Assembly (NCBI GenBank): GCA_004431415.1
Contig: QPMI01000560.1
Coordinates: 434,001 to 498,000 of the forward strand
Origin: Cyanophora paradoxa CCMP329
Lineage: Eukaryota; Plantae; Glaucophyta
DNA: 64,000 nucleotides
Direction of reading: 5' to 3'
Shown here: positions 53,838-64,000 of the stretch, piece after piece
How positions within the stretch are numbered: the first letter of the stretch is position 1
Layout of the letters: every line of letters begins with the position of its first letter
The notes under the pieces: model-generated
The model's input: the letters and a program-made list of their open reading frames with translations, nothing else
Told to the model about the DNA's origin: nothing
Databases searched by the model: none
Translations under genes and position numbers: made by a program

Positions 53838-56800
53838 CTATTCATGATTCGGCGCCGCCGGGGCCGCGGCTGCCGCAGCGGCGGCGCGGGTGCGGCGCTG
53901 GAGGGCGCGCAGCTCGGCCGCGTACTGCGCGTCCGCGTACATCGAGAAGAAGGCGGCGCCCTGCACGGGGCAGCGTCGGGCCCTCCGGGGCGGAGGGCGG
54001 GCGGGGGCGGGGTACAGGCGCGCACGCGGTGGAGCTGGGGGACGGCCGTGTCCGGGCGGCGCGGGAAGTACTGCCACGTCCACTCTGCGGGGGGCGGGCG
54101 GACGGGCGGGTGAGCCCGAGGAACGTCCACGCGGGGGCCGGGGGGCGGGGACCGTCGCCGGGGTCGTGGTCGGGGAGGGCGCCGTAGAGGGCAACGTAGT
54201 CGAGCAGGAGCCGGTCCACCGCGTCCAGCGGCCGGTGCGGCGACCGCGGGTCGAACGCCGGCCGCCCCGCCTTCCCGGGTCCCCCCTCCTGCGGCGTCGG
54301 CCCCCGCGGCGGCGGCGGCGGCGCCCGCGCGAGGAGGAGGAGGAGGAGGAGGGACGGGGCCCGGGGCGGGCCGCTCGGCCGGCCGGTCGACGGAGGAGCG
54401 GAGGGAGCGCTGGGAGTCGGAGGGCGGGCGGGGACGCGCGCCCGGGGCCGGGGCGGCCGGCTCGGGCCCGGGAGGCTGCGCTGCGAGTCGGAGGCGGGGA
54501 GGGAGGAGGGGCGGCGGAGCGGGAGCTGCGCTGGGAGTCGGAGGCGGGGAGGGGCGCGCGGTGGGGCCCGGCGGGGGCGGGGCGGCGGGCCCGGGCTTGT
54601 GGGCGGGGAGTGGGGCGGGGAGCGGAGGGAGCGCTGGGAGAGGGAGGCCTCCTCGCCGGGGAGGACGCCGCCCTCCCGCAGGTCCCCGCGAAGTACGTCG
54701 GCCCGCGGTGCGCCAGCGCCGCCGGCACCGCCCGCCCTCCACCACGTACACGTTCGGGCCCTGCCGCCCCCGCCGCACCGGCGACCCCTTCCCCGGCGGC
54801 GACCCCACCGCCTGCCCGCCCGGCGGAGGCAGTGGGCCCGGGTGCGCCGCGGCCGCGCCGGGGGGCATGGAGGCGGCGGAGGCGGTGACGGAGGGCGGGG
54901 CGGAGGAGAGGGGCGTGCGGGGGCGGGAGGGGGGGGCGGAGGAGGGGTTGGAGGAGGGCCCCGAGGGCGGGTTCCGGGGCTTCTTGCGCGCCTGCGGGTC
55001 CAGGCTCGGGTCCAGCCGCGAGTCCACCCGCCGCTGCACCTGCTTGCTCTGGATCAGCGCGGGGCCGGGGGTCGCCGGGGAGGGACGGGAGAGCGCGCCT
55101 TGGACCAGTCGACCTTGCCGGGGGCCGGCTTCTGGGTCTTGCGGCGGAGGAAGTCCCGCGCCTTCCCCTCCTCGCTCCCCGCCCCCGACCCCGACTGCAC
55201 CGAGTTGCTCCGCCCCAGCCCAGAGGGGCCCGCCCCCGGCCCTTCCTTCTCCTTCTCCCTCTCCTTCTCCCCGTCCTTCTCCTTCGCGGCGGCGCCGCGC
55301 CCCGCCTTCTTCGCACGCGTCGCCGGCGCCTGCGCCGTCTCCGCCGCCGAGGATGGACCGCCGGCCTCCGCGGCCTCGTCGCCGGCGGCCCGCGCGGAGG
55401 GCGGCCCGGCGGCGCGGCCGGCGGCGCGGCTCTTCGCGCCGGCGGCGGGGCGGGTGCGGGCGGAGGGCGGGGCCGGCTGCTCCCCGTCGGCCTCGCCGTC
55501 CTCCCCGGCGCCGGCGCCGCCCGGCGCGCCGCCGCCTCGTCCTTGCGCGGCGTGGCCCGCGCCCGCGGCGTCGCCTTCCTCGCCGGAGCCGCCGGCCCGG
55601 CTTCCCCTCCCGCCCTCGCCGGCCGGCGCCGGGCCGGGGCCGGCTCGGCGTCCCGGCCGGCCACGCCCTCGCTCTCCTTCTCCTTCGCGGCCGCCGCCTC
55701 CCGCTCCTTGCGGCGCAGGAGGGCCGTGCGGGAGGCCTGCTTGCCGGCCGGGCGCTGCGCCTGCGGGGCCGTCCGTCGGCTGCGGGGCGGAGCGGGTGGA
55801 AGGGCGGGGCGGGGCGGGGGGCGCACGCGGCGGAGGAGGGACCAGGCGTCGGGGTTGCCGCGGAGGAGGGCGGCGAGGAGGGCGGCGAGCTCCTCCTTCT
55901 TGCGGGCGGCCTGCACGGGCAGCAGCTCCGCGAAGTCCCGCTCCGCCGCCGTCATGGGCGGCCGCGTCCCCGCCCGCGCCGCCCGCCGGTGCGCCGCCAC
56001 GTCCGCCATCAGCCGCGCCACGTCCTGAGGGGGGGGGGTTCAGGGCGGGGCGGGCGGGGAGGGGGGAAGGGGAGAGCGCGCCTGGACCTGGTCGACGAGG
56101 GAGCGGACGGCCGGGGCGCGCAGCAGGCGCCGCACGCGGTAGCCCTGCAGCCCCGCCCGCAGCGCCTCCGCGCTGTGCGGCGAGAGCGCCTCCGGGCCAG
56201 CAGCGCCCCGGCGCCCCGCCCGAGCGCCGCGGGGGCGCACCCCGGCGAGGCGGCGGCGCCCCCGCGAGGGAGCGGCTCGAAGTGGCGGCGGAGGCCGGCG
56301 GGGAGACGACGGGGTCGCTGTTCCACGCGGGGCGGGCCGCCAGGGAGCGCGAGGAGGAGGACTGCGGGCCGCGCCCCGCCCCCGCCGCCTCGGCGCCCGC
56401 CTCCCCCAGGCTACCGTCCAGGCTCTCCATCCCGTCCGGCGCAGCGCGGATCGGCGAGAGGTTCGGGCTCCCGAGGGTCGGCGGCCGCCCGCCGTGGGCA
56501 GCGCGGGGCCGGGCGGCGGCGGCGAGGGGGGTGCGGGCGGCGGCGCGGGGGAGGTGCGGGGTGGCGAAGGGGGAGACGGCGGCGTCCTGGAAGCGGGAGC
56601 GGGAGGCGAGGAAGGAGGAGGAGAGGCGGGGGCTGGGGAGGGGCGCGGCCCCCGCCGGCTCGAGGAAGGAGTTGCGGAAGGTCTCCGCCGCCGCCGCCTT
56701 CTCGACGCCGACGAGGGAGCGGTAGTAGAGGAAGGCGGCGCGCTCCATGCTGCCCCGGTACCAGCTCTGCAGGATCGTGCTCGCGTGCCGCATGATCAGG

Positions 56801-57176
56801 AACCACTTCCTCCGGTGCGCCGCCAGGAACGCCCAGCCCGCCACCGCTGCCGGCCATGTCAGGAATCGCCGCCGCGACCCGCGCTCTCCGACCGCGACCC
56901 GCGGCCGAACCTCGCGCTCGTATCCTCCGCCTGAGCCTGCGGCGAAGAAGGCACGCGCGCCAGGCGATCTGGATGGCCCGGGCGGCGTCGATGCGCTTCT
57001 GCCGCGTCCTCTCCTTGTTGTACCTGCGCGGGCGCGTCATCTGCTGCTCGATGGGCGCCGTAGCGGACTTCTTACACGTCGTTCATGAGCCGCTTCTGAA
57101 AGGCCTCCCGCTGGAGCCGCCTGACGCGCTCCTCCTGAGTCTCCTTGGCGGGCCTCTGCGACGAGGAGGCGTTCAT
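53838..57176 (-). CDS. IQ calmodulin-binding motif protein with long low-complexity regions
   Basis: IQIAWRACLLRRR, LQSWYRGSMER, LQGYRVRRLL; also VDWSK|VQRRVDS; multiple GT/GC-AG introns. Confidence 0.65.
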
Positions 57177-57547
57177 TTGCAGAATGATTGAATGCTCGAG
57201 TCTCTAGCTTAGCTATTCGCGTTTGCAGACGTGCGCGGCTCCCATCGGCGCTCGGCGAGACGTTAGCTACACGGCCGCCCGGCAAGTGGGGCGGGCATGG
57301 CGGCCTCGACTCGAGTGCATGGAGAACTATCGAGGCCGCGAGGGCAATTTGGAACGCCTGCTCAGGATTCGAATGCCCGGCGCACCGTTGCAAGGTGCGC
57401 CGCCTGCGACGTTCCACCGCCAACGGTAGGCGCTCCGGCCGAAGCCGAGGCGCCGTCCACGAGCGGCATCGCTCGTACGCGGTTGCGCCGCGACCGATGG
57501 AATTGCAGACTATACCCCCCTCGCCGAAGGCGAATTGCCCTCGCACG

Positions 57548-58901
57548 ATGCCTCCGAAGGGGCCGGCGCACCAGAACACGTGCGCAGCCGCACAGAGTGG
57601 TCTGCATGCGTGCGCTGACCGCTGCGGCAGGTTCGCCTTTCGGCACAACAAGAACTCCAAGAAGACCAAGCAGATCCTCGCCGCGCCGATCTATGGCGTA
57701 TGCGGAAAGTGCGCAGCTGTAGCCGGCCCCAGCACTCGCGATCGCCGCTGACGCGCCGCAGATGCCACGAGCAGATCGAGTGGCGGAAGCAGTACCGCAA
57801 GTATAAGCCGCTGAAGGTGCGGCGCGTACGCGTTCCCCCGTAGCTAAAGCACCCCGCTCACGTGGCGCCTCGCGCAGTCGCCCGGCAAGTGGTGAGCTCG
57901 AGCTATGCGCCCCGGCGGCGCGTGGCTGGCGCCGCGTAGCTAATGCTGCCCGATCTTCAGCGTCGCATGTCATCAGCCGAAAGTGAGGGCCGGTGAGCTC
58001 CCCGCCGCCCGCGAGCCGCTTTTTGCCTAGAGGGACGGCGCCGAGCGAAGCAAGGCGGGACGCGACCCGGGCGCTGATCATGACGGCGGCGCGCAGCGTA
58101 CCACCAGATGTGCGACGACTGTGCGAGGGCGAAGGGCGTGTGCGCGAAGTGCCTGCTGCCGAAGGAGGTGGCCCAGAAGTGCCAGGCAACGCCCGAGGAG
58201 GAGCAGCGCGAGCGCCAGGCCCTCGAGAACGGCATGCGCTTCCTCAAGGCGCGCGCCCCCCGGCCCGGCCCCCGCGGCTGCTCCGGAGCTGACGGCGGCG
58301 GGGCGGGCAGGAGCGGGAGCGGCGGACGATCCTGCGGAAGGCGGCCAAGGGCGAGGACGTCGCGGACGAGATCGAGAAGAAGGCGGCGGCGCGGGAGGGC
58401 GAGGACGACGACGACTTCGACTTCGACGACGACGACGACGAAGACGATGATGATGATGACGAGGACGAGGACGAGGAAGACGAGGAGGACGAGGAGGAGG
58501 CCAAGCCGCCGGCACGGGGCGGGGCGGCGGGCCGAGGGCAGCAGCAGCAGCAGCGGCGGCCGGGCAGCGCGGCGGCGGCGGGCGCGAAGGCGGGGGGACC
58601 GGCGGGCCAGGCCGCGAAGCCGGCGCCGCCGCCGTCTGGGCCGCCCCAGGGCAAGAAGGGCGCGAAGCCGGCCGAGGAGGAGGAGGAGGACGATGACGAC
58701 GAAGAACTGGACGAGGAGGACGACGATGATGAGGACGACGAGGAGGAGGAGGACGACGACGAAGAGGAGGAGGAGGAAGACGCGGCGGCAGCAAAGGCGA
58801 AGCCCAAGCTCTTCGGCGGGGGCAAGGGGGCGAAAGGCGCGGGCAAGGGCGGCGGCGGGCGGTTCGGGAGCGCAGGCGCGAAGCTCGCCACCAAGAAGTA
58901 G
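57548..58901 (+). CDS. C9orf85/DUF2039-like zinc-binding protein with an acidic tail
   Basis: HQNT|FAFRHNK..GVCGK|CHEQIEWRKQYRKYKPLK|SPGKC|VACHQPKVRA|AYHQMCDDCARAKGVCAKC. Confidence 0.85.
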
Positions 58902-59201
58902 CTAGAGCGTTGTACCCCGATTTCAATGCGCAGTCGAGCACATTCGAATTCTCCATCCGAATCTCTCGTACCGATCGCGAGCCACGGCGCCGATATTCGA
59001 TACGCCCAAGGTGCTGTGAACTCAATTCGAAGCCTTGAAGCAGAGGGGGCAACAAGGCGGTGCAGACTGGAGAGGTTGGGCAAGCAATGAAGGGAAAGGG
59101 ACGGGGCCCTGTAACGGGGGAAACGGAGGGGGCGGACAGGAGGGGATGCGGGCGAGGTGGTTGGCGCCGGCGCGGGGCGGGCGACGGCGAAGGGGCGGGG
59201 G

Positions 59202-60128
59202 CTATCGCTTGAACATCTTGAAGGAGCCCGCACTGTCGAGCTTGTTCATCGAGTCCACCGCCTGCAGCACCTGCCGGCCCGGCGGGGTCAGAGCGGCGGG
59301 GCGGGGCGGGGCCGCGCGGGGCGGGGCCGCGCGGGCGGGGCGGGGGGAGAGGGGCGTGCCTCCGCTACGTTCGTCTCCAAGACCATGCCGCCCATGATGA
59401 TCTCGTCCAGCACGAAGTGCACCTGCGCCGCCGCCGCCGGCCCGCTCGCTCGCTCGCGCCGCCCCGGCGCGCCCGCGGCGCGCGGGGCGTGCGCGGACCT
59501 TTTCGCTGTGGAAAATCAGATCCAGCTCGCACACGTTCGCGAAGATCTTGTCAAGCGTCTCGACAAACACCTGCCGGCGCCCGCGCCCGTCAGCTCTCCT
59601 CGCGCTCCGCGGCGGGGCGGGCGCGGCGGGCGCGCCTGGATGAGATCGAGGATGCCGAGCTCGCTCTCGGCCGTGTCTACGAGGAAGATGAAGTAGAGGG
59701 TCGCGTAGTGCCGATACACGAGCTTCGTGTCCTTCCCGAAGTCCGTCCCGCCCGCGTCCTGTCCTATCTCCACGAAGTTGCACACGCGGTCTGAGCGCTT
59801 CGTAACGACGCTGTGGCACCACCGAATGACCGCCTGTTGTTCTGCGTCCGACTGCGCGAGAAGCGGTCGACCCTTCATGCGACGGCGGTGCGGCGGCCGG
59901 CGGGGATCACGCTCACTATTCGCTCGTAGAACTTCAGCACGCGCGGCTTTCCGTGGTTGTTTATGATGAGAATAGCTGCGGCGGCGAGAGATGTGCGTCA
60001 GCGACGCCGCGCTGGTCGTGCGCGGCGTACGCAGCGTCACCGCTAGTGCGCGGCGCAGGAATGCTGGCGCCGTGCGCGGCGGCGACGGCCGAGGCGGCAC
60101 GGCGGGGTCGGGGCGCACCTTTGATCAT
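59202..60128 (-). CDS. AP3S: AP-3 complex sigma subunit
   Basis: MIKAILIINNHGKPRVLKFYE..VCNF..LVYRHYATLYF..ESELGILDLIQ|VFVETLDKIFANVCELDLIFH..DEIIMGGMVLETN; 5 introns, 2 of them GC-AG. Confidence 0.93.
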
Positions 60129-60280
60129 CGCTGCCACCTATGTCCCACCGACCGCTGCGGTGTAGCTTCTAGTCTTGTTCTAGGCCCGTCTTCGCTCTCT
60201 CTTTGGTCCGGGCTGCTTTCTTCTCGCGCTCCTTCGAATTGTACCCCCCGAATTGAGCCTCGGACTCAGCCTCCATCATC

Positions 60281-61210
60281 ATGCCGGCCTTCTGCGCAAC
60301 CGCGGTCGCTCCAGCGGCCCCCAGCCGGCCCGTATTGCTCTCGGCGTCGATCTCCGCGCACACGTTCAGGGGGCGGCCCGTGTTGCGGCCGCGGCCCGGC
60401 CTCCGCACGCTGGGCCCCGCGACGCACGCCGGCGTTAGCTTCTCGATCAGAGCGTCGTCCTCTTCGTCTGAAGAGCCGGTGAGCATCTGAATGCCGATGC
60501 CTGCCGTCGCCGCTGCGCAGCTCGCGGCCATGGGGGCAGCCTCCTCTGCTTGTCTGTCGAAACCAGCCGAATGCCCGTTTCTGATTTGACCGCGACCCTC
60601 GCAGTCAGCGTTGCCTGGCCTCCCCCCCGCGCAGCCTCTTCAGTATCACGGTGCGCGTGCCGCGGCACCGACGCCCAGAAAACGCCTACGCGTGGCCGAT
60701 TCGCGGCGCAGAGAGCGAGCACATCAACACTGCGCCGAAGAAGACGCCGATCGCGTTCGTCGGCACTCAAAAAGTCAAGGTGCGTTTAACGTTTGTGAGC
60801 TGTTATCGTCCCCTCTCAATGCGCTCCTCTTCTTCGCCCTGACGCGCGGCTACGGCAGCTCATGTTCACGTGCAAGATCTGCGACACGCGCTCGAGCAAG
60901 ATGGTGAATAGGCTCTCGCTGCAGCAGGGGATTTGTATCATCAAGTGCGACGGGTGCGACAAGCGCCACATCATGGCAGGTCTGTTCTTTGCGCGGCCAC
61001 CTTGCAGCGTGCATTCCTCAAACCGCGCTCTCAGACAACCTTGGCTGGTACGGGGACCGTCGGAGCTTCGAGCAGACGGGCCACGAGGCGGGCGGCGTTA
61101 GCAGGGTCAATGAGGAGGTCTATCGCCTGGAGGAGTTGCTTATGCTGGAGGCCGCCGCGCTGCGTGACTCTTCCATCGAAGGCGCCAACTTTCCCGAGGC
61201 CGACGAGTAG
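60281..61210 (+). CDS. DNL-type zinc finger Hsp70 escort protein (Zim17/HEP family), probably plastid-targeted
   Basis: LMFTCKICDTRSSKMVNRLSLQQGICIIKCDGCDKRHIMA|DNLGWY; N-terminal MPAFCATAVAP..RAS transit-peptide-like leader. Confidence 0.85.
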
Positions 61211-61714
61211 GCGGGGCACGCCCTCCGGAGTCTTTCTGCCGCCGGGCCGCGCGCCCGCTCGGCGCCTGCTGTACGCGTACGTATACTCTACCACGCGCCC
61301 GGCGGCTGTACTCTACCACGCATCTTGTAAAGGCGGCTTCCCCGCGTGTATCCCCCCTCCGTCGCGCGCGCTGTAGCGCCGTGGCGGCCATGTTGTATAG
61401 AGAGTTAGGCTCATTTAAGTAATTCAACAAGCTTAAGAGTGGCGATGGCCGGCCTGGCGAAGTAGTACGGAGCGCAACTGAGCACAAGCGGGTTTTGCTG
61501 ACGTATAGCTATAGATCGGCTTGGTTGAGACTCACTTGAGAGGGACCAGGCCGGGCAAGCCGCCGATCAGCATGCGCAAGTCAAGCCGCTGGCTCGAGCT
61601 CGAGCCTGGAGCTCCAAGCCAGACCGAGCCCCAGGGAATTCAGGACGTCGACAAGCTTTGCTTAAGCGCTGTTCTATTGTTTAGCGTAGCACGCCGCATC
61701 AAGCCTTGAAGGCG

Positions 61715-62825
61715 ATGGAGCTGGGGAGCCTTTCCAGGGTCATCCACTTCCTGGCCGTCGGGCGCTTCTCCGACCGCACCATCTTGCTGCTCTGCACGAC
61801 AGACGAGGAAGGCGAGCGCTCAATCGTTATGATCGCGCCGCGTTGGATGACGCGCCGCAGACGACAACCAGAGCCGCGCGAAGGCGCTCCAAATGCTGAT
61901 GGGCGGCGGGCGCTTCAACACGGGCGGTCCGAAGATCGAGCCCTCGCGGTGCTTCCGTTGTCGTTAGCTGCATGGAACTGTGAGACTGACGTCCCGCCGT
62001 CGTGCAAGGTTCACTGTGATGGACTTCGAGGATGGTGCGGCGCCGGCGCGCGCGCGCGTGGTGCCGTTGACCAGCTCACCGGGTCCTCGCAGGGCTCCTG
62101 CACTACTACAGCGATGCCATATGCTTTTACGCGGCCGGCACATCGCCCAGCATGCCTTCCAAGCCGGCGTTCAAGCTCCTCAAGGAGCTCAAGGGCGCTC
62201 TCTCGGGGACGAACATGGCGCAGACGTCGGAGTTCGCGCTGCGGCCGCAGCTGCGCAACGTGCGCGCGCTCATCGACAAGGTGCGCTTGCGCCTGCGCCC
62301 AATCGGATGCGGGGGGCGGCGAAGCTGAGCGCGCGGCTGCGCGTGCAGCACGAGAAGGGGGCGAAGCAGTGGGACTCGGCGACAGCAGCGCGGAGTAAGG
62401 GGATGGAGGAGCACCGCGTGGTGCGGGCCCGGCCCCCGCTCGCCGGCCGCGGCCGCGCGCAGACGTGCACGCACCCGTGACCGTGGCTCCAGGAGCGGGA
62501 GACGCTCCTGGCGCAGGAGCGGGAGATGAACTCGTGGCGGAGCTTCTTCAAGCGCGCCCCCGCCCCGCCGCGCCCCGCGCTGCGCTCCGTTCCGACGCCG
62601 AGGCCAACGCGGGGGCGGGGGCAGGTTCGACGGGATGCGGCAGCAGGGGATCTTCAGCGGGCTCAAGCTGGGCACCTGCTGCGCGGCCGTCTGCCTCTCC
62701 ATCCTCGGCATCATCGCCCTCGTGCGCCCCGCCCGCCCCGCCGCGCCCATGCCACCGCCCCGCCCGCCGCCCACACATGCCACGCCCCGCGGCCGCAGAT
62801 CATCGCCCTTAAGATCTTCCTGTGA
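61715..62825 (+). CDS. Longin-domain membrane protein (VAMP7/Sec22-like N-terminus, C-terminal TM)
   Basis: IHFLAVGRFSDRTILL..LHYY..AGTSPSMPSKPAFKLLKELK..; ends with hydrophobic CCAAVCLSILGIIAL|IIALKIFL*. Confidence 0.65.
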
Positions 62826-63405
62826 CCCTGCCGCGGCCGTCCGCTCCCGCTCCCCTCACCGGACCCCCGCCTTACCCGCGTCCCCTCCCCCACCCCCGCC
62901 CGCCTCTGAGACGTCCTCCCCCTGCCCGCCACTTCGCCCCCCACTGAGGCCAATCTCTCGAGCTCTGGCACATCCCGACCCCGCCCTCCCGCCACCCTAC
63001 GTCTATCCATGATCATCAACGCTGGAGCTCAGCTCTCTTCCTCTTCCCGGCGTCCAGGCCACCCCGCCCCTCGAGTCCACTTTCCTCGCACCCCGTCGGC
63101 GCCCAAGCGCGCGCGCGGTGCGAATGCAGCGCAGCCGTGTGCATGTACCATGAATTTGTAAATGTTCTGAAAAAGAATTCAGTCCTAGTTGAATAAAAAA
63201 AATCAGAGCCCTAGTCCAATATCAATTCGCTACATATAAATTAAATCGTAGTACGTACACTGGATCGGCTAAATACACTGTTGTGGTCTCTACTAGGGCT
63301 AGTGGAACTGACACGTAATGTACAGACTTCATTGTAATTATGAAAACTCGGAATGCAGGCAATGTACAGAGCTAAGGCTCGAGCAAGGGCGGCTGGGCCT
63401 CGTGC

Positions 63406-64000
63406 TCAGAGTTCGGAGTAGATCTCGGGGACAGCGGGGTCGGGGCCGGGCGGAGCCCACTTGCGGGCGGCCATGGCGGCGAAGAGGAGCGCCGAGAAGC
63501 GCTCGAGGGCGCTCCCGGGGGGCGGGCCCCACCCGCCGGCCGGCGCCGCCGGGGGAGCCGGCGCGACGGGGCACTCCGCCGGCTCCGGACGGTCCGGCAG
63601 GGGATCCTGGGCCCCGCCAGGCCGCAGCTGCAGGGGCGGGAGCTTGACCGCCCACCGCGCCGCCTCCGAGTTCGAGAGGCCGTGCGGCGTGGGCGGCGAG
63701 GGGACGCGGGGGGGCGCCAGCGGCTCCAGGATGCGGGGCGGAGAGGGCCCCTTCCGGTCCGCGGAGGCGGAGCCGGGGCGCGGCGAGGGGGCCTTGGAAT
63801 GTACGCCCCCTTTGGGCTTCCCGATCTTCACCTGGCAAGCGCGCGCCCAGTGCAGCCCTGCGGCAGCGGGGCCCGTGAGCTCCCATCGAGCCCCATTGAG
63901 ATGCTCTGGGCCGCACCGCAGGGGTTGCAGAGGGTGTTGCCCCCGTGGGGGCCCCGCCGCCACTGCGACGTCTTCGTCGTCCCTGCGCCGCCGCCGGCCG
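63406..64000 (-). CDS. 3' end of an unidentified gene
   Basis: Terminal exon ..ALERFSALLFAAMAARKWAPPGPDPAVPEIYSEL* followed by an AT-rich 3' region. Confidence 0.45.
   Translation of the reverse strand, partial: GRRRRRDDEDVAVAAGPPRGQHPLQPLRCGPEHLNGARWELTGPAAAGLHWARACQVKIGKPKGGVHSKAPSPRPGSASADRKGPSPPRILEPLAPPRVPSPPTPHGLSNSEAARWAVKLPPLQLRPGGAQDPLPDRPEPAECPVAPAPPAAPAGGWGPPPGSALERFSALLFAAMAARKWAPPGPDPAVPEIYSEL

Noticed and set aside
46200-62830. Introner-like mobile introns
   Set aside because: The introns share only short donor, branch and acceptor motifs and GC-rich low complexity; no repeated intron body was seen between unrelated genes.
1-64000. Hundreds of long R/G/P/A-rich ORFs in the six-frame track (e.g. 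54561-56795, 50717-52696, 7916-9112)
   Set aside because: Expected from stop-codon scarcity at very high GC; they are antisense or off-frame to spliced genes with recognisable domains.

Overview
Very GC-rich, intron-dense eukaryotic nuclear DNA. It is probably an alga with a primary plastid: a glaucophyte such as Cyanophora is my inference from the plant-type TOP6B, an M-P-A-F transit peptide and GTGCG/GCGCG splice donors. Most ORFs in the supplied track are artefacts, and real genes must be spliced through ~50-130 nt GT-AG and GC-AG introns. Bases ~1-46,100 are an accessory-type island. It holds five tandem copies of a head-to-head gene pair: a minus-strand Cys-motif/TPR-like/coiled-coil/CCCH/RING-H2 gene, and a plus-strand DUF4559(CXorf38)-like HEPN/non-RD TKL kinase gene. 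Only the last kinase copy is complete, and it carries a C-terminal RBR E3 ligase. The island also contains a sixth, inverted RING copy, a U-box gene, and a 12.2-kb LTR element with no recognisable gag-pol that is inserted in one kinase copy (5-bp TSD). Bases ~46,200-64,000 are ordinary single-copy genes: TOP6B, a RING protein, an IQ protein, a C9orf85-like gene, AP-3 sigma, a plastid DNL zinc finger and a longin. Two findings stand out. (1) Comparing paralogs reveals a stereotyped mutation in which a trinucleotide abc becomes abc + revcomp(abc) + abc (6-bp insertion, often iterated); this explains the palindrome-saturated non-coding DNA. (2) The paired TPR-RING / HEPN-kinase-RBR locus looks like an undescribed algal innate-immune or RNA-surveillance module. 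Many apparent 1-bp frameshifts in G/C runs are probably long-read consensus errors.
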